From Proteromonas lacertae (lineage: Eukaryota), in contig NGBS01001165.1 in NCBI GenBank assembly GCA_002245135.1, positions 62,001-126,000 of the forward strand: DNA of 64,000 nt. The letters run 5' to 3'. Positions 11,782-25,221 of the stretch are shown here, piece by piece. The number at the start of each line of letters is the position of its first letter. Positions within the stretch are counted from its first letter, which is position 1. Both the position numbers and the translations under genes were made by a program. The notes under the pieces are model-generated. The model had not been told where the DNA came from. It did no database searches and saw only the letters and a list, made by a program, of their open reading frames with translations.

Positions 11782-14700
11782 ATGTTTTGCTTAAAATCTT
11801 TCGTAGATGATGTTTTATCCTCAATATTACCATCTGATACTGAAGTATTTAAGATAATTTATAATTATAGATAAAATACAAAGAAGAAAAGAGTGTAAGT
11901 GAAGTAGATTTGAGAATAGTACTTCGAAATGAAAGTAAAAAGTTAAAAATAATGGAGGTTGGTAATATAAAAGAAAAAATGCTTATGAAATTCCAAGAAT
12001 ATGTCCAGTTTTTCTCAAAATATTGTGATTCATTCACAACTACATTTCATTTAGATGTTTTCGGGGGTAATATTGTTGTGTTGGAACGGATATATTATGT
12101 AAGTGATTTAGAGGAGATAATTCATAATGAAACCTTATCGAGCAGTGATATGTGTAGAATGATGTGTAGATTGAGTGATATATTGATGATTATAAGTGAA
12201 TATGATATAACAGTTGGCCATTTAAAGAGTAGTAATATTATATATGATAATTATGGTGAAATAAAGCTATGTGATTTATTCTTAAATGTATTGAGAAAAG
12301 AAGAAATGAGAATATATGATGTGTGTTTTAAAAGCCCTGAAGAGTTGAATGGCTTAGAATGTGATGTGAGAAGTGTGATTTGGTCAATTGGTTGTATTTT
12401 ATATGAAATGATTTGTAAGAAATTACCTTTTGCTGAAGATGATAATGTGAATAAAACAGTTAATAATAATGTGAGATGTAAATACAGTTTAGATGCAAAA
12501 TGTGATGAAATGATGAAAGAAATGATAGAAAGAATATTAAAGGTGAAGAGTGAAGAAAGATTGAGTTTAAAAGAGTTGAGAAAAAAAATCATAAAAATGA
12601 GTGAAATACTGAGAGATAAAGAAGATAATTTAAAGATATGTGAAGAAAGAAAAGAAATGTTATATAAGAATGATAATGTAATTTGTAAACTTCCAATACT
12701 ATATCCACAAGATTATTATCTTCAAAGTGAAAAATGGATAGACATTCGGGATTGGATGATAGAATGTTACAATAACAAACCAAATGAAAGAATATTGTCA
12801 ATATTATTGATGATGAAGTTATACAAAGATGATAAAAGTATAAAAGATAAATTGAAATTTCAGATTCATCACCAATGTAAAAAAAGAAAAGAATATTGTT
12901 TAGATGAAAAGATATTTGAAATTGGAATTGGTTATGATAAAGAAAGAATAGAAGTTGATCAAAAGTGTTTTTGTGTGTGTGAAGAAGGATTAAAGTACAT
13001 GTTTAGAATATTAAAACTAATCAATCCAAAGAAACTTAAATTTTGTATATTTATAATCATTTTTATATATATAGGTGCTTATGTCACAGACGAATCGTTA
13101 TTCGCATCATGTTTTTCTATATTATCAAAATTAAAAGAATTAGATTTATCAAACTGTAATCTTTCTTCTTATTTCATTGAATCTTTTATTAAATCAGATA
13201 TAATGATGAAATTAAAGCATGTTTATCTTTATGGTATATATTATTAGTTTATTTATATTATTTTGGAATAGGCAATCCAGTTGGTCAAGAAGGTTTCAAA
13301 TTATTGCTACCATATTTACATTTATTAACCAATGTATATAATAATGAATTGATGTTAAGAGAAATGAATTTAAATGATGAATCAATGATATTATTATCCA
13401 AACGAATATATAAATATCCAAATATTGAGAGGATCGATATAGAAGGAAATAATAGCATTCACTCAAAAGGATTGAAAGCTTTATTCTTCAATTTTCCAAT
13501 TTCAAAAATGGAATTGGATATCAATCTAAGTTATAAAGAATTATTGATTGATAAAGATATTCCAGAGTTGGTCAAATATATAGTTTTTCCTTATTGTCCA
13601 TCCTTACATCTTTATGATTCAGAAATTGATGATGATTTCATAAAATCATTCATTATGTTAAGATTAAATGAGATGAAAAATATATATAGATTAGATTTGA
13701 GTAGTATGATTTGATATTTCTATTCTTTAGATAATAAACTAACATATAAAAGTGTAAAAATGCTGGTTAATAATTTACCTTCATTTTCAACACTTAGATA
13801 CCTTGAATTAGGTGGAAATGAAATAGGAGATGAAGGAATGAAGTTATTATCTCCACATTTACATTTATTGATTAGTCTTGATCGTCAAATGAGTTGTTCA
13901 AGTATAATTTATTTCTTTAATACTACATGTAATAGAAATGGGAATATCTTCAACTGGATTAAAGTATTTGATAGATTATATAAAGAATGATAATAATAAG
14001 ATTTGGCTTGATTTAAGCTATAATAATATAGATTTAAAAGGAATAGAATATTTGATTGAATGTATGAAACAAAAAGATGTTAAAAGATTGTTGATCCATA
14101 GTATAATTATGTTTTAATAAATATTTGTTTAATAGATAATCCTATTGGTAATAAAGGTCTCAGTTTATTGATGAATAATTCTAATATAATGAAAGGTCGC
14201 TATATAGTGAATTTGAGTAATATCTCAATTGATGATGAAAGTGTAGAATTATTTACAAATAATATGGAAATGTTCAGAAATTGTTATAGAATGTATCTAA
14301 ATGGGAATAATTTTAGTTTTAAAGGATTAAAAGCAATTTGGTCAAAAACATTAGAGCAGAAACAATACCCATTTATAGTAATGAAAAATCCTTCATGGAG
14401 TAATCAAGAATTGGAATATTATTTAAATTATTGTATAAAAAAGAAAAGATCTACATACGATTTATCAAGTATAATTTTTTAATATATAACGAAATAGATA
14501 TGAATATCAACGATTCTCACATTCCATTAATTAAACAGATTGATTATGAAAACCTTGACTTATCTAATAATAGAATTAGTTATAAAGGTTTGAAAGAATT
14601 AACAGAGTCATTTCCACAAGATACAAATAGAATTTCAGTGTTTAATAATCCAATTGGAGATGATGGTGTTGAATTAATATGTAAAAATTTAGAACTATAT

Positions 14701-15072
14701 GATGATGATTATTCGTTGAATATTTCAAGTATCTTATAAATATAACATGATTATAATAATATATGAATAGATATTGGAATGAGTAAGAAAGGGCTAGAAA
14801 TGTTAATTATTAGATTAAAAGATTATAAACCATTCAAATGGTTAGATATATCAGGAAATTTATTAGATGAAGAAGAATTGAAATTAATGAAAGAAAACAA
14901 AGAACTTTTTAGATATATTAATACATTAACAATAACAGTAAAAGAGAATATAAATAAATCAGAATTGAAATCATTTTTAAAGACAGTTTCAATAATTAAA
15001 ACAATCAAATTGAATGGAATTTCTAAAAAAGAAAAGAAAGAATTATGTAAAGATGTTTATAATGTTATATAA
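11782..15072 (+). CDS. Pseudokinase (NEK-like fold) fused to ribonuclease-inhibitor-like LRRs; about 8 introns
   Basis: Kinase fold with VGHLKSSNI, CDLF, KSPEE and SVIWSIGCILYEM. LRRs include LELGGNEIGDEG, LDLSNNRISYKG and NNPIGDDG. All exons join in frame. Confidence 0.8.
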
Positions 15073-15118
15073 ATATGATTATAGATATAATTAAAACTAA
15101 AAATATATATCTTATTTT

Positions 15119-16181
15119 CTATTCATTATCTAACAAAGGATTATCTATATCATTTTCATTTCTATTAGTATTTCTCTCATCATTCTTACTGCATATAAAT
15201 CCAACAAAACATGATTTTATAGACAGTAATAGAAAAGCACAATAAGTTGTTGCTGCTGAATATACAAATATTTCACTACATAATATCATACAAATCTTAT
15301 AAATACTTTAGTAATATAATTTCTATTGAACTATTATCAGCTCCATATCCACAATACTATAAAATAATACTGATTGAAAATACCAAATAAAACTGTATAA
15401 TGAAATTTAGGAACAAGAAAGCAGTTATGGTTTGTCTTTCTTCACTTTGTTGAAATCCATAATCACCATCAATCATTACTCTTATGAATTGAGAGGAAAC
15501 AATTGAAGAAATAATTATTGGTATTAATAATGTGATAATACTACATACACAACTATTCTTTCTACATTTAAACTATTCAATAAAAATAAATTCAATAGTA
15601 TATAAATATATATATATATATATACAGGTACAAGCATACAACATATGAATACACATATATAAAATGTAGAAAATGATATAAAGTATGTGGGGAAATATAA
15701 TATATGAAAATAACCAGTTATAAATGCTGTTACAATAAAATATAAAGGATGCTATTTATGTATATAATAAAATAGTGATATAATACGAAGAATAAAGATA
15801 TAAACAATATTCTATTAAGCATAGGGTATACATCTCTTATCTGTTCAGGATTTATACGATAAATATCATGATTAAAGTAAATCACAAACAATGTGAATGA
15901 AAATAGAACATAAAACAATGATACAATAATTACAACATTTAATTTACTAGATATCCAATATTGAAGATAATCATTGTAACTACAATATAATACTTGAAAT
16001 ACAAGAAAATTAAATTAAACAGCGTCAATAAAATCAAATCAAAACTTACTAGAAGCAGGGTTAACTTTGAATATTTCATATCTGTTGTTCTTTGCTCTAA
16101 AACCGTTCTTAGTACAAATATATCTCTATATGCATTTTCTAAATCCTGTATTCCCATATTCTGCAACTGAATCAACTCCAT
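15119..16181 (-). CDS. Multipass membrane protein, tandem paralog 1
   Basis: Six exons splice in frame and give several hydrophobic segments. It shares PLYFIVTAFITGYFH with paralog 3. The acidic tail is ENDIDNPLLDNE*. Confidence 0.7.
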
Positions 16182-16273
16182 TTTGTATTTTTATTTTTCT
16201 CACATCAAACTATTAACAAGCCCAATTTTTAGTCATTCAATAGAATTATAAAAATGTTTAGATTATTATTATA

Positions 16274-17317
16274 TTACTGATTTTCTTCATTTTCTTCTCG
16301 CAACAATGCTGCATCCAAATCATCATAATAAAAATCATCTTCTAAATCAATTATATTGTCTGTTGATGAAGAAGGACAGCAATCATGTATAAAACTATAC
16401 ATTGTGTATATTATAAACAATGTATAAATTATTGGGGATAAATATATCAAAAGCTCACTATTAATATATAAAAATACAAAAAATTATACTTTGAAATACA
16501 AATGACTAACGAACTATTTTCAGCTTCAAATCCTACATACAAATAAAACAAAATCATAGAATTTATAAACACAATTGCTATAACTGTTCCTCTTTCTGTT
16601 GTGGATTGAAATGCATAATTCAATTCAGACATTTCTCCCATAAATACAATAGTCAAAGCAAATGCTAAAATGATTGGAATAATTACCAAACATTTAATGC
16701 AATTACTGTTAGTATCATTGATGCTTATTCTCTTTTTAGCCTAACAAAATATAGTACTAATTATATACCGGTACAATCACACAATAAATGAACAAACATA
16801 AATAAAAAATTGAGAAATAAAGTAGATATATTGAAATATACATACTGTTTGTATGTATAGTGATTAATGAAGTATGAAAATAGAACAAAGGATGCTAAAC
16901 ATAATGATAATACAATTTATACTAGAATGATTGATACTCTTAGCACTTTATAAAGCATGGTATAACCTTTAATTGGATCTGAATTTAGTTGAATCATAAA
17001 TGGTTTATAGCATTTTGTATATACCAGAATTGCAAAAAGCACATAGAGTGTAATGACTGATATTAGGATGTATATTCTCTTCGATATCCATGCTTTAATG
17101 TCATTATCAAAACTATTGAATGATATATTGAATAATACAACACAAATAAATTGCAAATTGTCATTGAAGCATTATCAAAAAACAGTAATACCAGCAAAGG
17201 AAGTGTATTTGAAATATTAGAAATTTGAGTTGTTAAAGTTAGACTTAGTTGTCTAAGTTCTGTATACTGCCGTTCTAAATCTTCTAATGATATATGATTC
17301 CTATTTTCCTCAGTCAT
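16274..17317 (-). CDS. Multipass membrane protein, tandem paralog 2
   Basis: Similar N-terminal helix (LEDLERQY versus IQDLENAY), a shared WIS motif and YVGFEAENSS versus YCGYGADNSS. The tail is DDLDAALLREENEENQ*. Confidence 0.7.
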
Positions 17318-17406
17318 TAAACAGAAAAATCAAAAGAAAAATATCAAGCAATTCAAATCAAATTTCAGTCACACCATAGTTAAAAATAAAAGAAATTTAA
17401 ATTAAA

Positions 17407-18428
17407 CTATTCTACATAGGTTACTGGAGCTACAGAAAATCTAGATTTACATAATTTGTATAAAGGATGAATTGTCAACTCAAACAAGAACTGCAATAAC
17501 ATCAACAAAATTGAAACAGCTACAATTGCTATCTTAGCTGGAATAAAAAAAATCATTATACTATGATACAAATAGATTATATTATATATATACTTATTGT
17601 GTAATAAAAAGGTTGATCTGTCTGTTCCACCTATATTATATCCAACAATATAAAAGGACAAAAAAATTGAAATAACTTTCTCTTCATTCTTACCATCACA
17701 TAAAACTATCTCTATAGTAACAGCAGTTGATATTATTATTATCACAGAGAGAATAATATACAGAGTTTTTAATACAAAATACTTCTTTAGATTCTATAAT
17801 ATTTATATAAATAAATATATAAATATATACTGACAAATAATATACAACAAGAAGTAAATAATAAACTGCTAATGTAGTCAAAATTGTAGTAAAGAATAGA
17901 GTGTGGAAATATCCTGTAATAACAGCTGAAGTAATATAAAACAACGGTTTCTAGAATAGAGAATATAAACTATTAAAAATACCATTACAAAACATATTTG
18001 AAATGACTTTATTACTACACATAGAAGTAGATAACTATCTAAATAACTATGCTCTATGTTACCAGTTCTTATCATCACTATTTTATGGTAAATTTCTAGA
18101 TAAATTAATGACACTGTAGTAAAAAACAAGTAAATCAGTGGAATCAATATAACAACAAAGTTATTATCAAATATCCATCCAGTACAACTCTTATCATAAC
18201 TAATATTATATATAATAAATTCTTATACTAAAATATAAAATTATAAAATGCAGCTGATGAAATATCTATAAACAGTAGGACTGCAGACAGAAGTCTGTAC
18301 TTTCTATCTTTAATAAGAAACTCCAGATTCCACCTATTAATCGACCCATTAATACTTTCAACCTCTAACTCATGTATTGTGTGATGTTGTGGTATCTCAT
18401 TTGTACTTATAAAAAGACTGTTTGACAT
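17407..18428 (-). CDS. Multipass membrane protein, tandem paralog 3
   Basis: ORFs 18228-18428, 17878-18147, 17696-17944 and 17407-17745 splice in frame. It contains KPLFYITSAVITGYFH. Confidence 0.7.
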
Positions 18429-18596
18429 ATAAAAATAAATAACAATAATAAATGAAACGAATATTTTTCATTCAATTTTGGAATGGATGAAAAACAACAT
18501 AAACAATAATTAATACAACTATAATAATGAGTTATTAGAATTAATATTTATTTTTTTTTATTATAATTTTTTGAATAATAATTAACAACAACGAAT

Positions 18597-21500
18597 TCAA
18601 TCAGAATCACTATTATCTTTGCTGATCTTACTGGTATATTGACGAACTAATTCCTCAACATTAGCATAACGAGAAGGCTATTAATAATATATATATCAAA
18701 TATACATCTTCTTCTTTATGTTCAGCTTCAAACTGTAAATATTTAGTAAATAATATTTTCATATTTCTATTAGAGAATTTCAATGATACAGCTCTTTCAA
18801 ACAATCTCCTTGCATCTTCATCATTTCCTGACTTTATTTCCCATTCAATTAACAAATTCCAAGTCTCCCATCTCTTTGGATCAAATTGAATCACATTCTA
18901 TAATAATTATAATAATAATATTCTTATACTTCTCCTAAATCTCTTGCTCTATCATACTCTCTTTCAGTATATAAGAATTTCACACATGGTAATAATAGTT
19001 TTACTGTCTTTGCCTTATTCAACATCTTTAATGCTTGTGTCATGATTAATTTTGCATTTTCAAAGTCTTTCACTCTGTATTTCAAGCAGATGTAAGATTG
19101 CCATAATTTTGTACTATCTCTTTCTTTCTTGATTGCTTTCTTGACAATTTCTTCAGCTTTTTCATACTTCTCATCTTCAGTATATAGTTCAATTAAATGT
19201 AAATATATTCTCTATATATATGTAAATAAATATATAAATTATAATACCTTTGAATAGGATTGTTGAATTGCATTATTCACTACTTTTTCTAGTGTTTCAT
19301 TATTACCATATTTAAACTCCAAATTGATATATCCAATCCAAATATTGAACTTTTCTTCTTCTTCACGATAATAGATGGTTTTTAATGCTCTATCGAATAA
19401 TTCTCTTGCTTTGTCAAATTCAGTTAAGTTTATGTAATATAAAGCATATTGTAACCAAACATAGGATGAATTTGGAGTTGCTACAATCTATATTACATTT
19501 ATATAATATATTAAAATATACCAATTTTTCAAAATCATCTTCATTCTGAGGTTTAAGTGATGATTCTAAATTATTATTTTCAATTTCAGAAATCTTTACT
19601 TCATGTTGTCTATTCTTTATTTGACTATTTATAATAATAATAAAAACAAATAATATATATAGATATATATACGTCTTTCTACTGGAATGCTTCTTTGTTC
19701 CACCTTCTTCTTCATTTTCACTTTCTTCATCACTTTCTTCACTACTACTTCCTTCATTCTCTACTTCCATACCAACACTACCACTTACCTTATTATTGTT
19801 CTTTCAATATTTCATTATTATTGAATAAAGTATTACTCCATAAATCTAACTCCATTGTATTTGATGTAGCTTTATTCAATCCAAATTCTTCAATTGCTTT
19901 TTCTTCTTCATCTGATTCATCATCTGACTTATTTGATTCTCCCATTATTCCATTATCTTCTTCACTTTCACTTTCTTCTTCATCACTCTCTGAATCATTT
20001 GTGTTATTTACTAATACAATATCTTCAATATTTAGTGATTCAAACTTAGAGTGTTTCATTGATACTGATATTCTTTTCTTTGCTGGATCTAATCCAATGA
20101 TTATTACTCTTACTTTATCACCAACATGATATAATGTGTTAATGTCAGATTCAGTAACAGTATCCTATTAAAATAATAAACAATAATAATATTTACATCA
20201 GATATTTGAGAAATATGACATAAACAATCCAAAGTTGAATTATCTAATCTTAAGAACAAACCAAATGGTTTGACTTGACGAACTATTGCACTATAACAAT
20301 GATCAATTTCTAAGTTATCAAACTGTAAACGATCTTTTGGATCAATCACATCTGATGGTTTTAATGATAATTGAACTTTATCTGGTTGACTGATTGATAA
20401 TATCTTACCAACAACCAACATTCCAGGTGGAAAGTCTTTTTCACAATCTTTTACATAAATATCATGTAAATTCTTTAACATGACATGACCAATAACAGTT
20501 GGTGTAATTCTATATACAAAAACATAATAATAATAATAATAATAAATACTGTACAAATGTTCCTTTCTTTGTAGTTGCTTCAATAAATCCATGAATCAAA
20601 TCATTTACATTCAATGACTTACCTTCATTCTTAATATTCTCAATTATAGTGTCAATACTGTCTTTACTGCTTATTATTGATTGTCTTGAAGATAATATAT
20701 ATTTATCACTATTCTCATCTTTACCAATAATTCTTGCTTTAATAAAGGTGTTATTATGATAATTCTTAAATGGAAATGAGTTGAAGTGTTCAGGTTCAGT
20801 CACATTAATACAAGATAATACACCATAAATACCATGTCCTATTAAAATATTAACTTTTGGAGAATGAGATAAGTCATTTTTATCAATAATATTTCCATAT
20901 ATAACATCACCAATTTCGATTGTTTCACTCTTTGGCTTTTCTAAGAATGACAAATATAATTTCTTCTTGATTCTTTCACAAGATAAGACTCTACACATCA
21001 TTATTTGGCCAATTCTATTTTAATAAATAAATTTAGAAAATATAAAAAAATAAATACGAAAAATTATGTAATAAATCCATATTAATATCAACATTATATG
21101 AACATTCTTGTGGTATAACAATTCCATAGATTGTTGGTGATAAACATATCATTATTTCATGTGTTTTAATATCAACAATTATTCCTTTGTATACTTCATC
21201 TTCTTGTAGATTTTCCCATGTTAAGATTCCTTCATTATCATTTTCTTCATCTTCATTGATAGTCATTTCATTATGCATTTTACATTCTACGAAGGTACTT
21301 TCTCCTACTTTCTTTACATTTAATACTCTAATAAAAACAAATAAATTAAATTATTATATATATATACTTTACAGTGATAATATCATCTTCACTATAATTT
21401 TCGAATGGATGTTGATTCTGGATTGACCTAGAATTAATAAACTGACTGATATGAATTCGAGCTTTTATTTGATAGTTATTAAAATCAACAAAAGCAATAT

Positions 21501-24131
21501 TCATCTATATTTCATAATATATAATTTATAATAAATAACTATACATGTTGTGGGTATAATGCCACAATTTTGGCTTTATAAATTTCCCCAATTTCAATTG
21601 TTCTAGAAGGTAACATTGGTCTAGATTTCTCCATACTGTAAACTCTCTTTCTCTTCTTTGGATTAATATAATTATTTTCCTTCATAAAATCAGATTCAAT
21701 TGTACTTACCAACAGCAATGGTTTAACATTTTTCATTTCATTCAATATAATCACTGGAACAGTTGAACCAATTTCAACATTGTTATACTTTGAATGAAGT
21801 ATATTGTATTCAACTAATGATGTGATAGTAAACATATTATTAAAAGATGGTAAAGATAATAGCATTGTATCATCATCTCTTTTATGTAAAACAATTCCAT
21901 TTACACTTTCTTTATTATTGATAGTCTTTTGTAATACTTTATTATTACTTATTTTATAATCTTTATCTTTATTATTCTCTACAAATTCTTTTCTTAATGT
22001 AACATATACTACTTGGTTCACATTATCTATATCTAAAACACAACAATCTATTTTATGTCCGATTTCTACAGCTACATCATGATTATGATAAGGTTTTAAG
22101 GCTAAACCAGTCACATTTTCACCCAAGTTCAATATAATACCATATTCTTTATTATAAATCACTGTTCCTTGAATAATACTGCCAATTGGATAATTCTTAT
22201 AGTTAATCAAAGAATCTTCAGAGTTTTTGTTATTTAATAATAACATCTTCTCTTTCAACATTGAATTGATATATTCTCCATGAGTTGTACCAGCTAACTT
22301 TGATAGTTTCAAACTCAATAACAATTTCTTATTTTCACTGTCTATTTCTAATACAGAACACATTACAGTTTGGAATAATTCATAATAGTCATTAATATTC
22401 TTAACATAAAAGTCATTCAATTCACTTTTCAATACCAAACCATGAACATTTCCACCAAAGTGTACAATGACTCCAAAATCTTCAATTTTGTAAATATAAC
22501 CACATAATATATTACCAACACTGATTGATGATAAATTGGTAGGGAAAAATGTAGTTGGTGGTGGTGATAATAATAGTGGTTTCATAGTAGCCAAAATAGT
22601 ACAATCTATAACAACAATAATAATTGAAATAATATATATATACTTGATGGATGTTTGGATAAATAAGTTACTGGCATTATATTGATAGTTTCACCTATTT
22701 TATTTTGATAATAATCATAGAATAATTGATAGTGTTGATTATGATCTGAAAAATGCTCCATCTATGAAATGATATATATATATATATATACTGCAATAAA
22801 GCATTTACATATCTTATTATATATTGCAATTAATCCTTTTGGTTCTTCTATTACTGATTCAATTGTTACTGTATAAACACTACCTAATGACAATTGAATT
22901 ACTTTACCATTCTTCTTATCTAATGCCAATATTAATCTCTTTTTGGATGGATCAACATCAACAACTGAAACTAATAAGATTTGACCTTTATTAAATACAC
23001 TTTCTGGAACACTTATACCACTATAATAAAAATAATAAGAAAAATATATATGTATATATACTTTAACTTCATAACAGATTGTGGGATTAATCCCTTTATA
23101 TTATTATAGAATCTTACCAACATTCCTGCCTTATTAAACTCACTAACAACACCATGAGATTGATCTCCTTGTTTAATTGAATCAAATGATGTAATATGTG
23201 AATATTTTGAATGAATTAATGTCTTTTTATTGGTTAATATTACTACATGTTTGACTGGATCAATATTGAAGACTTTAACTTTTAATTTTTGACCAATTTT
23301 GAAAAATGAAGATGGATTTGAGACTGTTGGTAAATCAGTCATATGACTATTTGGAATTAATCCATTCAACTATTTACAAATTATTAATAATAAATATAAT
23401 GATAAATATACATGTGGTGCAATTGAACATAATAATCCTTTTTTACTTATCTTAATAACAGAAACAGTCAATGGCATATCACATGTTAAGTTGTTTATTG
23501 ACAATATCTTTGAATCAATTAATGATGGTGCTAATGTGACTTGAATTAATCCATCAAATTGATTATATCCAATGATTCTACATCGATATTCTAATCCCAT
23601 TTCTACAGCTTTTTCCATCTTTGAGACTGGAGTGTCTGATACATTTGTTCTTTTACAATAACCATATATAACTTTACTATCCTTTCCCTCTTCATCATCA
23701 TCATCATTATCCTCTTTTTCTTCTTCCTCTCCTCTTCTTCTTCCATAGCTGATGAATTTTGTTTTGTTATTTCCATTTAAACTCAATATACAACCCATAT
23801 ATGAATCAATCAATTCAACTCTCGCTTTCTCAATTACAGTACCGAATTCTAACTCATGTTTATATGGTTTTAATAAACGAATATGTTTTCTTAATGACAC
23901 AAATAATAAATGTTCACTATGATCTACATAAATAATTCGAACTTTATAAGTTTCATCAGGTTTAATGATCTCTAATTCATGTGGATTTAATGATAATGCG
24001 TGGAAATAATGTACTTTACCTACATGATTACCTGGTAGATTGAGTGTAATGATATTATCTTTAACACTTAATACTGTAGCAATGAATTTAAAGGATGGAT
24101 ATAGATTTTGATAAGTTATTATTGTTTCTAT

Positions 24132-24162
<31 letters not shown>

Positions 24163-24878
24163 CTATTGTTTGGTTTGATTGTTGATTTTCTTATAGTTTC
24201 TTCTAATGTAGAAATAGTGACTATTCTTGAGCTACTTTTTGTTACAACTCCTTTTATTATTTGACCTTTTTCATATGTTGTTTTTGAATCAATATTTTCA
24301 TTTGGTAAGAAAATATTGGTGTTTAATACTCCTTTCAATGTATAACCATGATCTTGTTTTGATAATACTTCAAAAGAATATAATCCTTTTACTATATAAC
24401 TTGTTAAATCATTGTATATGATGGAAGGTTTCATTGTTAAGAAGATTCTATTTGGTTCACCCTATTAAATGGTAATTATTGGTTTTTATTTTATACAGTT
24501 ATAATTTCCATTACAAGTACAATCACATAATCACCTTCTGAATAGAAATCAATCTTTGATTTACTGTCATCATCGAGTTTTGTTTCACCTAATTCTTCTG
24601 TCTTGATATATCTACATATTATTAATATAAAAATATACCCAACAAGTGAATTAGGAAGTGAGATTGTTAAACCAGAGGGTGAAACATTTGAAATACATCC
24701 TAAAAACAAAGACCCAGGTGTTACAGATGAGTAAGACAACTGTTTTTGCTTTTCTCTAACCTGATGAGTTGTATCTGTTGGAACAGTCTCTTTAGTTTTA
24801 GACTTCTATACCATAGTAATGTAAATATACTTTTTTCCCAGTTGAATGTAATGGCTGTGCCTTTCTTTTTTGACCCAT
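18597..24878 (-). CDS. RRP5: rRNA biogenesis protein Rrp5 (tandem S1 domains plus C-terminal HAT/TPR); many introns, +1 break at ~19803
   Basis: S1 repeats such as GLIPNSHMTD, GLVLKSELND and CLCHISQISD. An acidic linker is followed by EDDFEKLIVATPNSSYVWLQY...ALKTIYYREEEEKFNIW and ARRLFERAV. Confidence 0.93.
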
Positions 24879-25221
24879 GCAAATGTCAATTATGGTCAAC
24901 CAAAAAATGTGTTTTGAAACACCAGATTATTTAAATTCGATTTATTTCTTATGCTGACGGATTATTTCTAAAAATAAATACAATAGAAGAATATTCTCAT
25001 CATTTATATCTCAATAATTATGAAAAGACAAAAATGGAACAAATCCCAAATACTTTTCTTTCATGTTTGAATAATTCTATTGTTTTATTTTACAAACTAA
25101 AGAAAGTAAAAATAAGATGATAGTTATAAATTCTAAATTCTGTGTTTTTTGAATTAATACAGTATAATACGCGTATTAGTTTGTCTTTTTTTATTTCAGT
25201 TTTTTTCATTTTAGAATAAGT

